Shown: in pieces, positions 34,910 to 35,943 of the stretch
Layout: every line of letters starts with the position of its first letter
Numbering within the stretch: the stretch's first letter is position 1
From: an uncultured Bacteroidia bacterium
GTDB lineage: Bacteria; Bacteroidota; Bacteroidia; CAYPEC01
NCBI GenBank assembly: GCA_964409625.1
Contig: CAYPEC010000004.1
Span: forward strand, 1-35,943
Length of the DNA: 35,943 bases
Direction of reading: 5' to 3'
Translations under genes and position numbers: made by a program
Notes under the pieces: model-generated
Told to the model about the DNA's origin: nothing
Seen by the model: the letters and a program-made list of their open reading frames with translations, nothing else
Database searches by the model: none

Positions 34910-35943
34910 ATGCCAACACAAACAATGACAGATACTTTCGGAATACAAGAAGTCCTTAAAGAATTAGGTATAAAGGAAATAAACTATGGTGCTTCCACAG
35001 GATTAAAACATATTTCCACCACAGGAAAAAAGATTGACAGCTTTTCTCCTGTTAATGGAGAGCTGATAGGAAGTGTAAATGCTGCGACTGCGGATGATTA
35101 CAAAGTAGTAATGAAAACTGCCGAAACAGCTTTTGCTACTTGGCGATTAATGCCAGCTCCAAAGCGTGGAGAAATTGTTCGTCAGATGGGAGATGAGTTA
35201 AGAAAGAACAAAGAAAATTTAGGAAAGTTAGTCTCTTATGAGATGGGCAAGAGTCTTCAAGAAGGATTGGGAGAAGTTCAGGAGATGATTGACATTTGCG
35301 ACTTTGCAGTTGGTTTGTCCCGACAACTTTACGGATTAACTATGCATAGTGAGCGACCAAGTCATCGTATGTACGAGCAATGGCATCCTTTTGGTGTGGT
35401 AGGAATCATCTCTGCCTTCAATTTTCCGGTTGCAGTTTGGAGCTGGAATGCTGCTTTAGCATGGGTTTGTGGTGATGTTTGTATTTGGAAGCCAAGTTCA
35501 AAAGTTCCTTTGTGTGCAATTGCTTGTCAAAATATTATTGCCGAAGTATTAAAGAAAAACAATGTGCCGGAAGGAGTAAGCTGTTTGGTGATTGGAAATG
35601 AATCTGGAGATTTAATTAATAACGACAAAAGAATTCCGCTTGTTTCTTTCACAGGAAGTACAAGAATTGGAAGACATGTTTCTAAAACTGTTGCCGAAAG
35701 ATTTGGAAATACAATATTAGAATTAGGAGGTAACAACGCAATCATTGTTTCTGAACATGCTGATTTATCAATGGTTTTGGTTGGTGCTGTTTTTGGTGCA
35801 GTTGGAACTGCAGGACAAAGATGTACTTCTACTCGCAGATTAATTATTCACGAAAGTATTTACGATAAAACGATTTCTGTTTTGCAAAAAGCATATTCTC
35901 AATTAAAAATTGGTAATCCGCTTGATGCAAATAATCATGTGGG
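34910..35943 (+). CDS. Aldehyde dehydrogenase, ALDH7-like (alpha-aminoadipic semialdehyde / piperideine-6-carboxylate dehydrogenase type); 3' end outside the window
   Basis: My own translation: MPTQTMTDTFGIQEVLKELGIKEINYGAST...WKPSSKVPL...ELGGNNAIIV...GTAGQRCTSTRRLIIHESIYD. The frame stays open to the window end. It is absent from the ORF track because it has no stop in the window. Confidence 0.9.
   Translation, partial: MPTQTMTDTFGIQEVLKELGIKEINYGASTGLKHISTTGKKIDSFSPVNGELIGSVNAATADDYKVVMKTAETAFATWRLMPAPKRGEIVRQMGDELRKNKENLGKLVSYEMGKSLQEGLGEVQEMIDICDFAVGLSRQLYGLTMHSERPSHRMYEQWHPFGVVGIISAFNFPVAVWSWNAALAWVCGDVCIWKPSSKVPLCAIACQNIIAEVLKKNNVPEGVSCLVIGNESGDLINNDKRIPLVSFTGSTRIGRHVSKTVAERFGNTILELGGNNAIIVSEHADLSMVLVGAVFGAVGTAGQRCTSTRRLIIHESIYDKTISVLQKAYSQLKIGNPLDANNHV

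Noticed and set aside
1-35943. Window-wide scan for CRISPR arrays, IS elements, terminal inverted repeats, integrase or transposase genes, toxin-antitoxin pairs and rRNA or tRNA genes.
   Set aside because: None found by eye. The only repeat structures detected are the 37-bp direct repeat around the ATPase gene and the 21-bp tandem repeats. A computational self-alignment (dot plot) would be needed to exclude shorter or more diverged repeats.

Overview
AT-rich (about 35% GC) chromosomal segment that looks bacteroidotal: TAnnTTTG -7 promoter boxes, a T9SS C-terminal sorting domain, many SpII-type lipoproteins, and panC / glycogen-synthase-like / DUF4270-like / glmS synteny. It is mostly core metabolism. 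The centrepiece is an eight-gene respiratory operon at 11.05-22.2 kb on the + strand, encoding Alternative Complex III (actABCDEF) followed by cytochrome c oxidase subunits II and I. Other recognisable genes are comF, msrC (fRMsr), a transaminase/omega-amidase pair, slyD, radA, panD, panC, glmS, an ALDH7-like dehydrogenase (3' truncated) and several envelope genes. I found no rRNA, tRNA, CRISPR array, transposase or integrase. The most unusual locus is a single-gene AAA+/PD-(D/E)xK-like (DUF4143-type) ATPase cassette at 4338-5498. It is bracketed by a 37-bp direct duplication of the 3' end of the neighbouring omega-amidase gene, which looks like an insertion footprint. The second is a 353-bp intergenic region between panC and panD that separates a split AT3/SGNH O-acyltransferase pair. 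It holds four tandem 21-bp repeats, which also read as a 29-aa heptad mini-ORF, followed by a strong bidirectional terminator. I see no clear multi-gene novel system. All product calls rest on motifs read from the translations, not on database searches.
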